A DNA stretch of 64,000 bases from Elainellaceae cyanobacterium. GTDB taxonomy: Bacteria; Cyanobacteriota; Cyanobacteriia; CAKZMO01. Positions within the stretch are counted from its first letter, which is position 1, and every line of letters begins with the position of its first letter. The stretch lies in NCBI GenBank assembly GCA_050331115.1, contig JBHJHD010000006.1:39522-103521 (forward strand), read 5' to 3'. Position numbers and translations under genes: made by a program. The notes below the pieces were generated by a model. It was not told the origin of the DNA. It worked only from the letters and a program-made list of their open reading frames with translations, and ran no database searches. Below are positions 1 to 8,920 of the stretch, in pieces.

Positions 1-1439
1 TAGAGGTAGCGCCCCGCCTCATCTTTCATGAAGGTAACGGCGAAGCTGTGGTCCATGAAGGTTCTGAAGCGGGCCTCGCTTTCCTGGAGGCTCTCCTCTA
101 GCCTAATTTGAGCATTTTTCTGGGCAGTGATCACTTCAGTAAGCATGAGCAGCCCGCCCACCTCACCTGATGGGTCGTACCACGGGCGTAGCTCCCATTT
201 GAGCCAGTCGGTTGAGCCGTCTTGACGCACGAAGACGTCTTCGTCGTTTTGCAAAACTCTGCCGCCCAGACAGGCCTGGTGCTCGACTTTCCAGCGATCG
301 CAAACGTCAGGAAAGACCTCGTAGTGGCTCTGCCCCGTAATATTGTCCGCCTCGATGCCGTAGTCGATCAGCCAGCGATCGCTGTAGAACAGGTAGCGCA
401 TCTGAGCGTCAAACATGGCTACAGCAGCGGGCAGGTGTTTGATGAACTGCTGCAGCTGCAGCTCGCGGCGGGCCAATTCTGCCTGAGCTTTATCTCGCTC
501 CTGACGCAGCTGTCGCTGCTGAGTCACATCACGAATGATACCCACAAAGCCTATCGCCTGCCCATGGTTATCCCTCACGACGGTGCCGATAGTTTCTCCA
601 GTAAAAACCGAACCGTCCTTACGCCGGTAAACCACGTCGTAGGGCTCGAAGGTCTGATGTGCCGCTAAGTTAAAGCGCTTTTCGCCCTGAGCCTGGGCCT
701 CCTGCGGGTTGTGATAGAGCATGTGGGTGGGCTTTCCCAACAGCTCTTTAGAGGTATAGCCAAACAGGGGTGCAATGGCCGCGCTGACCCGCCGAATCCG
801 GCGGCTATTATCTGCAAAGACAATCGCGTCGGGAAGGGCTTTAAAGATGACCTCTAAATTTGCGGACTGATGCTGCAGATCCTTTTCGGTGTGCTCTAGC
901 TCCTCCGCAGTCCGCAGGCACTGTGCTGTCTGAACTTCTAGAGCATTGGTCCTATGCCGAATGGCCGTCTCTAGAGCTTCCTCAGTTTTGACACGGCGCT
1001 CGATTTCTTTCCCAAGCCGTGCCGTAACGCTCATCAGCTGTCGTTCGCGCGCTTTGAGGCGCTGTATATTGCTGGCGCGCTCGATTGCGTATCGAATCGT
1101 CCGCGTCAGCAGCTGAATATTGAATCGCCCTTTGATTAAGTAGTCCTGCGCCCCTGCCTGGATGGCCATCAGCGCGCTGTCGTCTTGGTCGTCCCCAGTC
1201 AGGACAACAATAGGAGCAGTAACGGTGTTGAGCAGCCGCCGTAGGGTATCGATGCCGGTGCTATCGGTGACGTTGAGGTCGAGCAGAACAGCATCGACGA
1301 CGCAGCAGGCGAGGATATCACTGGCTTTCTTGAGGGAATCTGCTGAGTAAAGCTGAAAAGGCTGCGGCGACGCAGCAAGATAGCGCTGAACTAATTCGAT
1401 GTCCAAGTCGTTGTCATCTACGACAAGAATGTATGTCAT
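1..1439 (-). CDS. Response-regulator receiver + PAS/PAC sensor protein (hybrid kinase or cyclase); 3' end runs off the window
   Basis: Hand translation from ATG at 1439: MTYILVVDDNDLDIELVQRYL...VLLDLNVTDS...GAQDYLIKG (receiver), a coiled coil, then PAS segments (ALPDAIVFAD...LFGYTSKELLGK; HLPAAVAMFDAQMRYL). The frame stays open to the window edge, so it is absent from the ORF track. Confidence 0.9.
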   Translation of the reverse strand, partial: MTYILVVDDNDLDIELVQRYLAASPQPFQLYSADSLKKASDILACCVVDAVLLDLNVTDSTGIDTLRRLLNTVTAPIVVLTGDDQDDSALMAIQAGAQDYLIKGRFNIQLLTRTIRYAIERASNIQRLKARERQLMSVTARLGKEIERRVKTEEALETAIRHRTNALEVQTAQCLRTAEELEHTEKDLQHQSANLEVIFKALPDAIVFADNSRRIRRVSAAIAPLFGYTSKELLGKPTHMLYHNPQEAQAQGEKRFNLAAHQTFEPYDVVYRRKDGSVFTGETIGTVVRDNHGQAIGFVGIIRDVTQQRQLRQERDKAQAELARRELQLQQFIKHLPAAVAMFDAQMRYLFYSDRWLIDYGIEADNITGQSHYEVFPDVCDRWKVEHQACLGGRVLQNDEDVFVRQDGSTDWLKWELRPWYDPSGEVGGLLMLTEVITAQKNAQIRLEESLQESEARFRTFMDHSFAVTFMKDEAGRYL

Positions 1440-1752
1440 TCTTCGATGCTGCATCGGTGCCTTCGCGCTTGAGTACCTCGTTTATTGTTGGCTGTTGCTG
1501 CTGTTGAGCGATTACGTGGTATCCCTGATTTTTGCTTAAACCTGCAGGGATTTTTCTTAAAAAAGAAAAAGCAAATACATTAAATTGCTAAAAATCTCTG
1601 AAATTTGAGCGGACGGCATGCTTTAGCCCTTGTAAGGAGCAGAGGACCTAGCCGATAGCCTATGCGAAGGTCGGTCTCCAGTATCTGAACTGCGACGGGA
1701 TACAGATACCACACGAGCAAACCACACCTAGTCCTTCAGTCTCCATAACGCT

Positions 1753-2376
1753 ATGTCCACCCGTGTAATGGTGATAGCCGCTTGCGTAACGGCCATGATC
1801 ACCTCCATCAAGGTTGCTGTGTCGCCGGCGGTGCCCCTTGCGCTGCAGGAGCTCCCCCTACCTCAGAAGCTCCCACTCCTAAGCTGGCAACAGCTGGGAA
1901 GCGATTTCACCGAGCAAAAAGGCACCTATCGCTTTCGTCGCGGTGAAGACCGACTCAAGGTCGAAATCGCGCTTCACCAGGGTGGGAATCTGCTCGCTCA
2001 GACGAGCCAGCGCTGGGACATTCCTAAACAAGAAATCAGCATCCGCAAAACTCAAGAGATCGGGGCCTATGGCGTCTTTGCCGACAATCGTGCGGCCTAC
2101 CTAACGGCCTGCATCACTCCAGATGGCTCAACGACGGTGACCGCATCCCAATTTGAGCTCAGTCGTCTCCAGCAGGCCATGCAGCCGCAGCGATCGCTAA
2201 CCAACTTTTTGGACTACACTTCGGTGGCCGACTCCCGCTGTCTTTGGGTTACCCTGTCTACGCCTTTAGACGATGCCCCACAGTCGTCCTTTCGGACTTT
2301 GCAATCGGCCTGGTTCGAGCTCAACCTGCAGTGGCAGCCTGTGCTGCCTAAAGCTCAGGGGATAAGGCGGCGTTGA
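1753..2376 (+). CDS. Cyanoexosortase A system-associated protein (likely)
   Basis: N-terminal hydrophobic anchor; YLTACITPDGSTTVT and RCLWVTLSTPL resemble the family motifs as recalled. Confidence 0.6.
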   Translation: MSTRVMVIAACVTAMITSIKVAVSPAVPLALQELPLPQKLPLLSWQQLGSDFTEQKGTYRFRRGEDRLKVEIALHQGGNLLAQTSQRWDIPKQEISIRKTQEIGAYGVFADNRAAYLTACITPDGSTTVTASQFELSRLQQAMQPQRSLTNFLDYTSVADSRCLWVTLSTPLDDAPQSSFRTLQSAWFELNLQWQPVLPKAQGIRRR

Positions 2377-2474
2377 ACGGGGTCATGAGCGGGGCATTCA
2401 GCCCTGTATTGCAGCACTTCGGGCGATCGCGGTATATAGATGCGACAATAGCAGTAGTTGCACCCTTGTAGCCT

Positions 2475-2843
2475 ATGGTCGAACAGCGCCACATCGACTA
2501 CTGGCGTCAGCGCCAGCGCCAGCAGCAAGAGCGCAATCGCCGCCTAGCCCAGCGTGCCCTAGCCGATTCTGAGGCGATCGCCGCCCTATTGCAGAGAGAT
2601 TTTGGCGCCACTCGGGTTATCCTCTTTGGCTCTCTAGCCAAGCAGCGCTTCACGGCAGCTTCCGATATTGACATCGCCGCGGCCGGCATTCCGCCCGAGC
2701 AGTATTTCAAAGCTCTGGGCGCTGCCAACCATCTGAGCCAGTGGTGGGTAGACCTGAAGCCGTGGGAAGCCCTCGAACCTCATTTTCAGACGCGCGTCGT
2801 ATCTACAGGAAAAGTACTCTATGAAGCAGCTGACCCCCAATGA
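2475..2843 (+). CDS. Minimal nucleotidyltransferase (MNT) antitoxin
   Basis: GS-X10-DXD motif (FGSLAKQRFTAASDID); 122 aa; overlaps the downstream HEPN gene. Confidence 0.85.
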   Translation: MVEQRHIDYWRQRQRQQQERNRRLAQRALADSEAIAALLQRDFGATRVILFGSLAKQRFTAASDIDIAAAGIPPEQYFKALGAANHLSQWWVDLKPWEALEPHFQTRVVSTGKVLYEAADPQ

Positions 2844-3324
2844 GCTGAGAGAGTTCGCTGCCGATATTGAGATGGAGCTAGACCGACTCAAGCAATTGGA
2901 AACTGACATTCAGCAGGTCAACGGCGAGATTCAGCGCAGTTCTAACCTCGCCAAACTACTTTATGAAAACCTAGCCCTCAAGCTACATAACTTTTATACG
3001 GGTTGCGAACGCGTCTTTCGCATCATCGCCTCGGAACCCAATGGGGGAGAACCTTCGGGCTATGACTGGCATAAGCGGCTGCTAGAGCGGATGAGCGCGG
3101 AGCGGGAGGGTCGCGTCCCGGTGATCACTGCAAAAACAGCGCAGCGGCTCTCTGAGTATTTGAGCTTTCGCCACGTCGTACGCAATATCTACGGCTTTGA
3201 GCCAGACCTAACGCGCGTAGCGCAGCTGGTTAAAGGCTATCCCTCGGTCTGGCACGGTGTTCAGCAAGACATACAAAACTTCATCCGGTGGCTCCGTCAG
3301 CTTGCACAGCAGCTCTCCGATTGA
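2821..3324 (+). CDS. HEPN (HepT-like) toxin of an MNT-HEPN pair
   Basis: All-helical protein with LHNFYTGCERVF, DWHKRLL and FRHVVRNIYG; overlaps the MNT gene by 23 bp. Confidence 0.8.
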   Translation: MKQLTPNELREFAADIEMELDRLKQLETDIQQVNGEIQRSSNLAKLLYENLALKLHNFYTGCERVFRIIASEPNGGEPSGYDWHKRLLERMSAEREGRVPVITAKTAQRLSEYLSFRHVVRNIYGFEPDLTRVAQLVKGYPSVWHGVQQDIQNFIRWLRQLAQQLSD

Positions 3325-3364
3325 CGGCTAAGCTGGTTATCAGGCGCACTCACTACAGTAGTGT

Positions 3365-3430
3365 TCTATTTGTGTAGAGCAGTTGCTCTATTCATGCAGA
3401 GCAGCTGCTCTATTCGTGTAAAGCGCAGCG
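3365..3430. repeat. Three tandem ~22-bp units containing AGAGCAGY-TGCTCT palindromes
   Basis: TCTATTTGTGTAGAGCAGTTGC / TCTATTCATGCAGAGCAGCTGC / TCTATTCGTGTAAAGCGCAGCG. Confidence 0.8.
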
Positions 3431-3467
3431 CTGCGACTAAACCAGCTAATTATTAAGGACAGCACCG

Positions 3468-5144
3468 ATGGTTAATCCTGAGCAAAAGCACCCCTGGTGG
3501 GAGACCGGGGTGATTTACCAGATCTACCCCCTCACCTTTGCCGACGGTAACGGCGACGGCGTAGGCGATCTGCAGGGCATCATTCGACGGCTCGACCACC
3601 TCAACGACGGCAACCCCGAAAGCATTAGCTCCCTGGGCATCGACGCTATCTGGCTCTCCCCCATCAACAGCTCGCCAATGGTAGACAACGGCTACGACGT
3701 CAGCGACTACCGCGACATCAACCCGATGTTTGGCTCCCTCGAAGACTTTGATACCCTGCTCGACGCGGCCCACCAGCGGGGCATCAAAATCATCATGGAC
3801 CTGGTGGTGAACCACACCTCCGACGAGCACCCCTGGTTCTTAGAATCTAAATCGAGCCGCGACAACCCCAAAGCTGACTGGTACCTGTGGCAAGAGACGG
3901 TAGAGGGGCAGTGGTTCCCCAATGACTGGCTCTCCTACTTTGGCGATACGGGCTGGACCTACGTACCCGAGCGGGGCCAGTTTTACTTCCACACCTTTAA
4001 CGAAAATCAGGCCGACCTCAACTGGCAAAACCAGGATGTGAGGGCCGCCGTCTACGACATTGTGCGCTTTTGGCTCGATCGCGGCGTGGACGGCTTTCGC
4101 CTTGACGCCTCTAGCGCCTACAGCAAAGACCCCTTCTTCCGCGACAATCCCCTCAAGTACGGCGCGACGGATACGGCCTCCTACAATAACTACCACCACC
4201 TCTACGACAAAAACCTGCCCGAAAATCACCACATTATCGCCGAGATTCGCGCCATCTTGGATGAGTACGGCGACCGCGTTTTAATCGGCGAGACTTTCAT
4301 CGACAACCGGCTGTTCGACTCCATCGTCTTCCACGGCGTCGATAGCGACGAGCTGCACCTGCCCCTTAACTTCGAGTTTCCCTTTAGCCCTTGGTATCCG
4401 GGCTATCTACAGCGGCAGGTGCAAAAGACCGAGTCGCTGACCCCCTCTAACGCCTGGCCGGTCTACTTCCTCGACAACCACGACATCCCCCGTCATCTCT
4501 CCCGCTGGATTGAGTGCAGCCTGTGCGTCGATTCGGAGGCGATCGCCAAAGCGGCGGCCACCCTGCTGCTGACGGTGCGGGGCACGCCGATTCTCTACTA
4601 TGGTCAAGAGCTGGGGATGGTGGATAACCAGGATATTCCCCCGGAGAAGCTACAGGACAATGTGATCAAGATTAGCGACACCGAAGACACCCCTCCACCC
4701 CGCGACGGCGCTCGCACCCCGATGCAGTGGGACGACTCAGCGCGAGCGGGCTTTAGCTTTGGCAAAGACGTGGAGCCTTGGCTACCCGTGCATGGAAACT
4801 ACGCCGAGCTGAATGTGGAAGCCGCCCACAGCAACCCCGACTCAATTTTCAACTTCTACCGCCGCTTAATTCGCATCCGCAATCAGAGTGAGGCCCTGCG
4901 CCACGGGCGCTGGCGATCGCTGATCAACTACCCCCATGAGCATCTGGCCTATCTCAGGGAGACCGAGGCGGAGCAGGTGCTGGTGCTGATCAACTTCACC
5001 TACGAACAGCCCTTGGGCCTAGACGTGCCCATTGACCACGACAGCTGGCAGGTGTTGTTGTCTACAGACCATGAAACTGGGAAGCAAATTAATATAGCGG
5101 AGACGCTGAAGCCGTTTGAGGTCTCTATTTTGAAGAAGGTGTAG
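3468..5144 (+). CDS. GH13 alpha-glucosidase / oligo-1,6-glucosidase-like
   Basis: VIYQIYP, DNGYDVSDY, DLVVNHTS; catalytic GFRLDA, IGE, DNHD. Confidence 0.92.
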   Translation: MVNPEQKHPWWETGVIYQIYPLTFADGNGDGVGDLQGIIRRLDHLNDGNPESISSLGIDAIWLSPINSSPMVDNGYDVSDYRDINPMFGSLEDFDTLLDAAHQRGIKIIMDLVVNHTSDEHPWFLESKSSRDNPKADWYLWQETVEGQWFPNDWLSYFGDTGWTYVPERGQFYFHTFNENQADLNWQNQDVRAAVYDIVRFWLDRGVDGFRLDASSAYSKDPFFRDNPLKYGATDTASYNNYHHLYDKNLPENHHIIAEIRAILDEYGDRVLIGETFIDNRLFDSIVFHGVDSDELHLPLNFEFPFSPWYPGYLQRQVQKTESLTPSNAWPVYFLDNHDIPRHLSRWIECSLCVDSEAIAKAAATLLLTVRGTPILYYGQELGMVDNQDIPPEKLQDNVIKISDTEDTPPPRDGARTPMQWDDSARAGFSFGKDVEPWLPVHGNYAELNVEAAHSNPDSIFNFYRRLIRIRNQSEALRHGRWRSLINYPHEHLAYLRETEAEQVLVLINFTYEQPLGLDVPIDHDSWQVLLSTDHETGKQINIAETLKPFEVSILKKV

Positions 5145-5302
5145 ACAAAGCATCACTTCAGCGCTGCGCTACCACCAAGCTTCAATAGACTTCCAGCAGG
5201 GCGCCGGGCTAAACATCTTCATAATTATTTCATCCTAGTTTATTGATCCACGGGAGGCGAATGCTATTGAATGGATGGAGGCAATATTGAATCCGTCAAG
5301 AT

Positions 5303-6034
5303 ATGGAAGTTGCGATTGGCATTGCCGGGCTGTGGGTGCTGTGGCTCATTAGCCCTGAACGATGGAGACGTCGACTTGTTGGGCCACTCGCCGCTGTTGC
5401 CGCTGGCCTGATTGTGTTTAGCTCCTCCCTATTTGTGGACCTGCTGACTTGGGGGCTGACTTGGCCCCTGCCCAATGATTCGGGCGATCGCGTCGAGGCC
5501 ATTGTGGTCTTGGGTCGGGGCGAATCGTTTCGGGACGAGCGGCTCGCCGAAGTGTGGCAGCTCTGGCGCGAAGAGCGCGCCTCAAATATTTTTGCGAGCG
5601 GCATGCTGGACGCAAAATTTATCACTCGACGGTTGGAAAAAAATGGCGTGCCGGTACTGTCTTTGGGGGGAGAAGAATGCTCTCAAACCACAGAAGAGAA
5701 CGCGCTATTTACGTCGGCGCTTTTGCGCTCCCGCGGCATAGACGACATTCTGCTGGTGACCGATTCACCCCACATGCTGCGAGCCTTCCTCGCGTTTCGC
5801 AGCATGTCGTTTGAGGTCACCCCCTACCCGGTTTCGCTACAGCCTCAGCAAATGAGCCGAGTCCATCGATTAAGGATTGTCCTGAGAGAGTACGCCGCGC
5901 TGCTTCACCATGCGATAACGGGCAAATTTAAGGCGCGATCGCCTCAGGCATTAGACAACCCGCCTGCAGAAATAACCCATAAAATCGCCGACTGGAACTG
6001 CAAGGTTCCCAAATCCCCCAAGCCTCAGCAGTGA
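5303..6034 (+). CDS. YdcF family (DUF218) membrane-anchored protein
   Basis: AIVVLGRG, SQTTEENA, ILLVTDSPHMLRA. Confidence 0.85.
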   Translation: MEVAIGIAGLWVLWLISPERWRRRLVGPLAAVAAGLIVFSSSLFVDLLTWGLTWPLPNDSGDRVEAIVVLGRGESFRDERLAEVWQLWREERASNIFASGMLDAKFITRRLEKNGVPVLSLGGEECSQTTEENALFTSALLRSRGIDDILLVTDSPHMLRAFLAFRSMSFEVTPYPVSLQPQQMSRVHRLRIVLREYAALLHHAITGKFKARSPQALDNPPAEITHKIADWNCKVPKSPKPQQ

Positions 6035-6051
6035 GGCATTCGCTTTATCAT

Positions 6052-6067
6052 GGTACGGATTAGAACT
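6052..6067. promoter_or_regulatory. Putative MarR operator upstream of marR
   Basis: GGTACGGATTAGAACT; 13/16 identical to the near-palindrome at 6792-6807. Confidence 0.4.
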
Positions 6068-6080
6068 CGCTCTTGCCCCC

Positions 6081-6530
6081 ATGTCTATTCCCTATTCCAC
6101 ACAGGCGGCTGCCCGCGAGCCATTCCTCGCCACGGTGCGAGAGCTTGCTAGGGCGTATCAGGCCTTCTCTGCCTACTCGGAGAGATTTGTGCGGCAGTAC
6201 GATCTTACGCCGGCTCAGTTTGATGTCGTCGCTACCCTGGGCAACACCAGCGGCCTCAGTATGGGTGACCTTGGCGAGAAGACGCTGATCACAAAGGGGA
6301 CCTTGACAGGAATTGTCGATCGCCTAGAGAAGAAAGGGCTAGTCCATCGGAAAGTGCCGCCAGAGAATCGCCGTAGCGTAATTGTTGGCCTCACCCCAGA
6401 CGGAAAAGTGCTGTTCGAGCAGGCCTTTCCCGCCCATATTGCCGACATGAAGCAGCACCTTGAGGCCATCAATCCTTCAGAACTAGAGCTGCTGCGGGTG
6501 CTGCTGGGTCGTCTGCAGCAGGCGTTTTAG
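6081..6530 (+). CDS. MarR family transcriptional regulator
   Basis: LTPAQFDVV...KGTLTGIVDRLEKKGLVHR...NRRSVIVGLTPDG winged-HTH signature. Confidence 0.93.
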   Translation: MSIPYSTQAAAREPFLATVRELARAYQAFSAYSERFVRQYDLTPAQFDVVATLGNTSGLSMGDLGEKTLITKGTLTGIVDRLEKKGLVHRKVPPENRRSVIVGLTPDGKVLFEQAFPAHIADMKQHLEAINPSELELLRVLLGRLQQAF

Positions 6531-6791
6531 ATCGAGGCTGTGGAACCATTGCCGTTTTCATCAAGGGGATGATAGTATTTATTCAAACAGTTCTAGATAA
6601 AACATTTTGAGCAGCGCTAAGGGCGCTCAATCCATTGAGCAGGTTTTCTTAAGTCAGTTCGCGCGCTTGCCAAGGATAGTAGAGAAGCGCGCAATTAAAA
6701 GCTGGGCAGCGACGTTTCTACAACCCCGTCGCTGAAGCGGACATCGACTTTCTCGCTGGCGGCAAGTCTCAAAATAATTTTGCAAGCATAT

Positions 6792-6807
6792 AGTACTAAT
6801 TAGAACT
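6792..6807. promoter_or_regulatory. Putative MarR operator upstream of the dioxygenase gene
   Basis: AGTACTAATTAGAACT is a 14/16 palindrome about 20 bp before the ATG at 6827. Confidence 0.5.
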
Positions 6808-6826
6808 GATTTGGCATTTTGAACTC

Positions 6827-7597
6827 ATGCTTCAGCCTCCTGCCCTATTCATTTCTCACGGTGCCCCTGACTTACCGATTCGCACCGGAGCAACTCAGGA
6901 CTTTCTGCGGCGCTTACCTAAAACGCTCCCCCATCCCCAAGCCATTCTCGTGGTATCGGCCCACTGGTCCACGGCCCAGCCAACCCTCAGCGGAGCCATT
7001 CGACCAAATACGATTTATGATTTTGGTGGCTTTTCCAAAGCGCTGTACCAGCTCAGCTATCCTGCCCCAGGGGACCCAGGCCTGGCCGAACGCGCAGCTA
7101 AACTCCTGATGCAAGCTGGCTTTTCGCCTCAGATGCATCCTACGCGAGGCCTAGATCACGGCGCTTGGACACCCCTCTTCCTAGCCTACCCAGAGGCGGC
7201 TATTCCGGTCACCCAGCTCTCGATTCAACCCCACCAGTCCCCCGCCCATCACTACCGCATGGGGCAAGCGATCGCTTCCCTGCGGGATGACGGCGTCTTA
7301 ATCGTGGGCAGCGGCGCAGCAACCCACAATCTAGGAGCCTTTGGATCAGGCTACGACGCCCCGCCCCCCGACTGGGTTGCCGTATTCGATCGGTGGCTAG
7401 CGGAGGCGATCGCCCGAAACGCAACCCATCGGCTGCTGAACTACCGCCAGACCGCGCCCCACGCCGCTCAAAACCACCCCACTGAAGAGCATCTGCTGCC
7501 GCTATTTGTAGCGCTAGGCGCGGGCGGCAGGGGGCGGCAAATCCACCAGGGCTTCACCTACGGAGCCTTCAGCATGGCCGCCTACGCCTTCGATTGA
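6827..7597 (+). CDS. DODA-type (LigB/YgiD family) extradiol ring-cleavage dioxygenase
   Basis: FISHGAP, SAHW, GLDHGAW, HPTEEHLLPL. Confidence 0.92.
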   Translation: MLQPPALFISHGAPDLPIRTGATQDFLRRLPKTLPHPQAILVVSAHWSTAQPTLSGAIRPNTIYDFGGFSKALYQLSYPAPGDPGLAERAAKLLMQAGFSPQMHPTRGLDHGAWTPLFLAYPEAAIPVTQLSIQPHQSPAHHYRMGQAIASLRDDGVLIVGSGAATHNLGAFGSGYDAPPPDWVAVFDRWLAEAIARNATHRLLNYRQTAPHAAQNHPTEEHLLPLFVALGAGGRGRQIHQGFTYGAFSMAAYAFD

Positions 7598-7613
7598 CGC
7601 TTTAACCCTCGTA

Positions 7614-7790
7614 CGGCCACAGCATACTGTGCCCTAACCCCCAATCCCATCAGAACTCGCACTGGAAAAACTTTCCCTCAATACCCCGTGCGGGCACAGC
7701 ACGCTGTGCCCCAACAGCCCATCCATCAGAATTCAAATCGAGAAAATCCATTCCATCCCCACGCACGGGCACAGCACGCTGTGCCCCAAC
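7614..7790. repeat. Array of three REP-like hairpins with ~76-bp period
   Basis: CGGGCACAGC-AC-GCTGTGCCCCAAC at 7691 and 7766, degenerate copy at 7614; the spacers resemble one another (ccatcagaa...gaaaa). Confidence 0.85.
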
Positions 7791-7824
7791 CTCGCCATAA
7801 TCACCAAATTGGAGAAAAATTACC

Positions 7825-8790
7825 ATGGCACTAGGACGACTCATCAACGGCAAATGGACCAATCAATGGACCGAACGCGACGAAACTGGGCAGTTCAACC
7901 GCATGCCCACCCAGTTTCACCAGCGGGTCACCGCCGATGGCTCCAGCGGCTTCAAAACCGAACCCGATCGCTATCACCTCTACGTCTCCCTCGGCTGCCC
8001 CTGGGCCCACCGTACCGTACTGCTGCGATTGCTCAAGGGACTACAGGAGGCAATTGGCCTCTCGATTGTAGACCCAGTCATCAGCGAGCAGGGCTGGCGG
8101 TTTTCTACAGGAGAGGGATGCCCTGACGAGCTGTACCAGTCTGACTACCTGTGGCAGATTTACGTCCGATCTAACCCGAACTATACCGGACGGGTGACGG
8201 TACCTGTGCTGTGGGACAGACAAACCCAAACCATCGTCAACAATGAATCTCGGCAGATTATTCAGATGCTCAACGGCGAGTTCAACGCCTTTGCGGCGCA
8301 CCCTGAACGGGACTTTTATCCTGAAGAGATGCGATCGCAAATTGACGCGGTGATGGACGCCATCTATACCCCCATCAACAACGGCGTTTACCGCAGCGGC
8401 TTCGCGGCTTCTCAAAGGGCCTACAGCAAGGCGGTGACGGCGCTATTTCAGGCGATGGACCATTGGGAAGGGGTTTTGGGCCAGCAGCGCTACCTCTGTG
8501 GCGACGCCGTTACCCTGGCGGACTGGTGCCTGTTTACGACGCTGTTTCGCTTTGACCTGGCATACCACGGCTTGTTTAAGTGCAATCTTAGGCGACTGGT
8601 GGATTATCCCAACCTGTGGGGCTACTGCCGCGATCTCTATCAGCAGCCGGGAGTGTCGGAGGAGTGCAGTTTGGCGCACGTGAAGCAGCTTTACTACGCC
8701 GGACTACCTGAGCTAAACCCCAGCGGCATTGTGCCTGAAGGGCCAGCAATCGACTACGGTCAGCCCCACCGCCGCGCTGCTTTTGCGTAG
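7825..8790 (+). CDS. Glutathionyl-hydroquinone reductase-type GST (YqjG/omega-like)
   Basis: RYHLYVSLGCPWAHR, GRVTVPVLWD, IVNNES, INNGVYRSGFA. Confidence 0.93.
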   Translation: MALGRLINGKWTNQWTERDETGQFNRMPTQFHQRVTADGSSGFKTEPDRYHLYVSLGCPWAHRTVLLRLLKGLQEAIGLSIVDPVISEQGWRFSTGEGCPDELYQSDYLWQIYVRSNPNYTGRVTVPVLWDRQTQTIVNNESRQIIQMLNGEFNAFAAHPERDFYPEEMRSQIDAVMDAIYTPINNGVYRSGFAASQRAYSKAVTALFQAMDHWEGVLGQQRYLCGDAVTLADWCLFTTLFRFDLAYHGLFKCNLRRLVDYPNLWGYCRDLYQQPGVSEECSLAHVKQLYYAGLPELNPSGIVPEGPAIDYGQPHRRAAFA

Positions 8791-8920
8791 CGCTTTGCCT
8801 TAGTCTACGTAGCGACTGTTAGGAATAGACGGCGATCGCCTATCAGCAGGGGCCATAGGCGTAGACATTAAGCCGCGCCGTCTCGCAGGTTGGCTTGAGG
8901 CGTACCAGCTAAAGAACCGC

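Noticed and set aside
222-668. 148-aa plus-strand ORF, and similar shadow ORFs such as 3453-3830, 38896-39291, 47621-48289 and 61758-62483
   Set aside because: They lie antisense or out of frame to well-supported genes and show no motifs; expected in GC-rich DNA.
7614-7790. Repeat-spacer pattern resembling a mini CRISPR array
   Set aside because: Only three 25-bp units, the spacers resemble each other, and no cas genes or leader are present; it fits a REP-type array.
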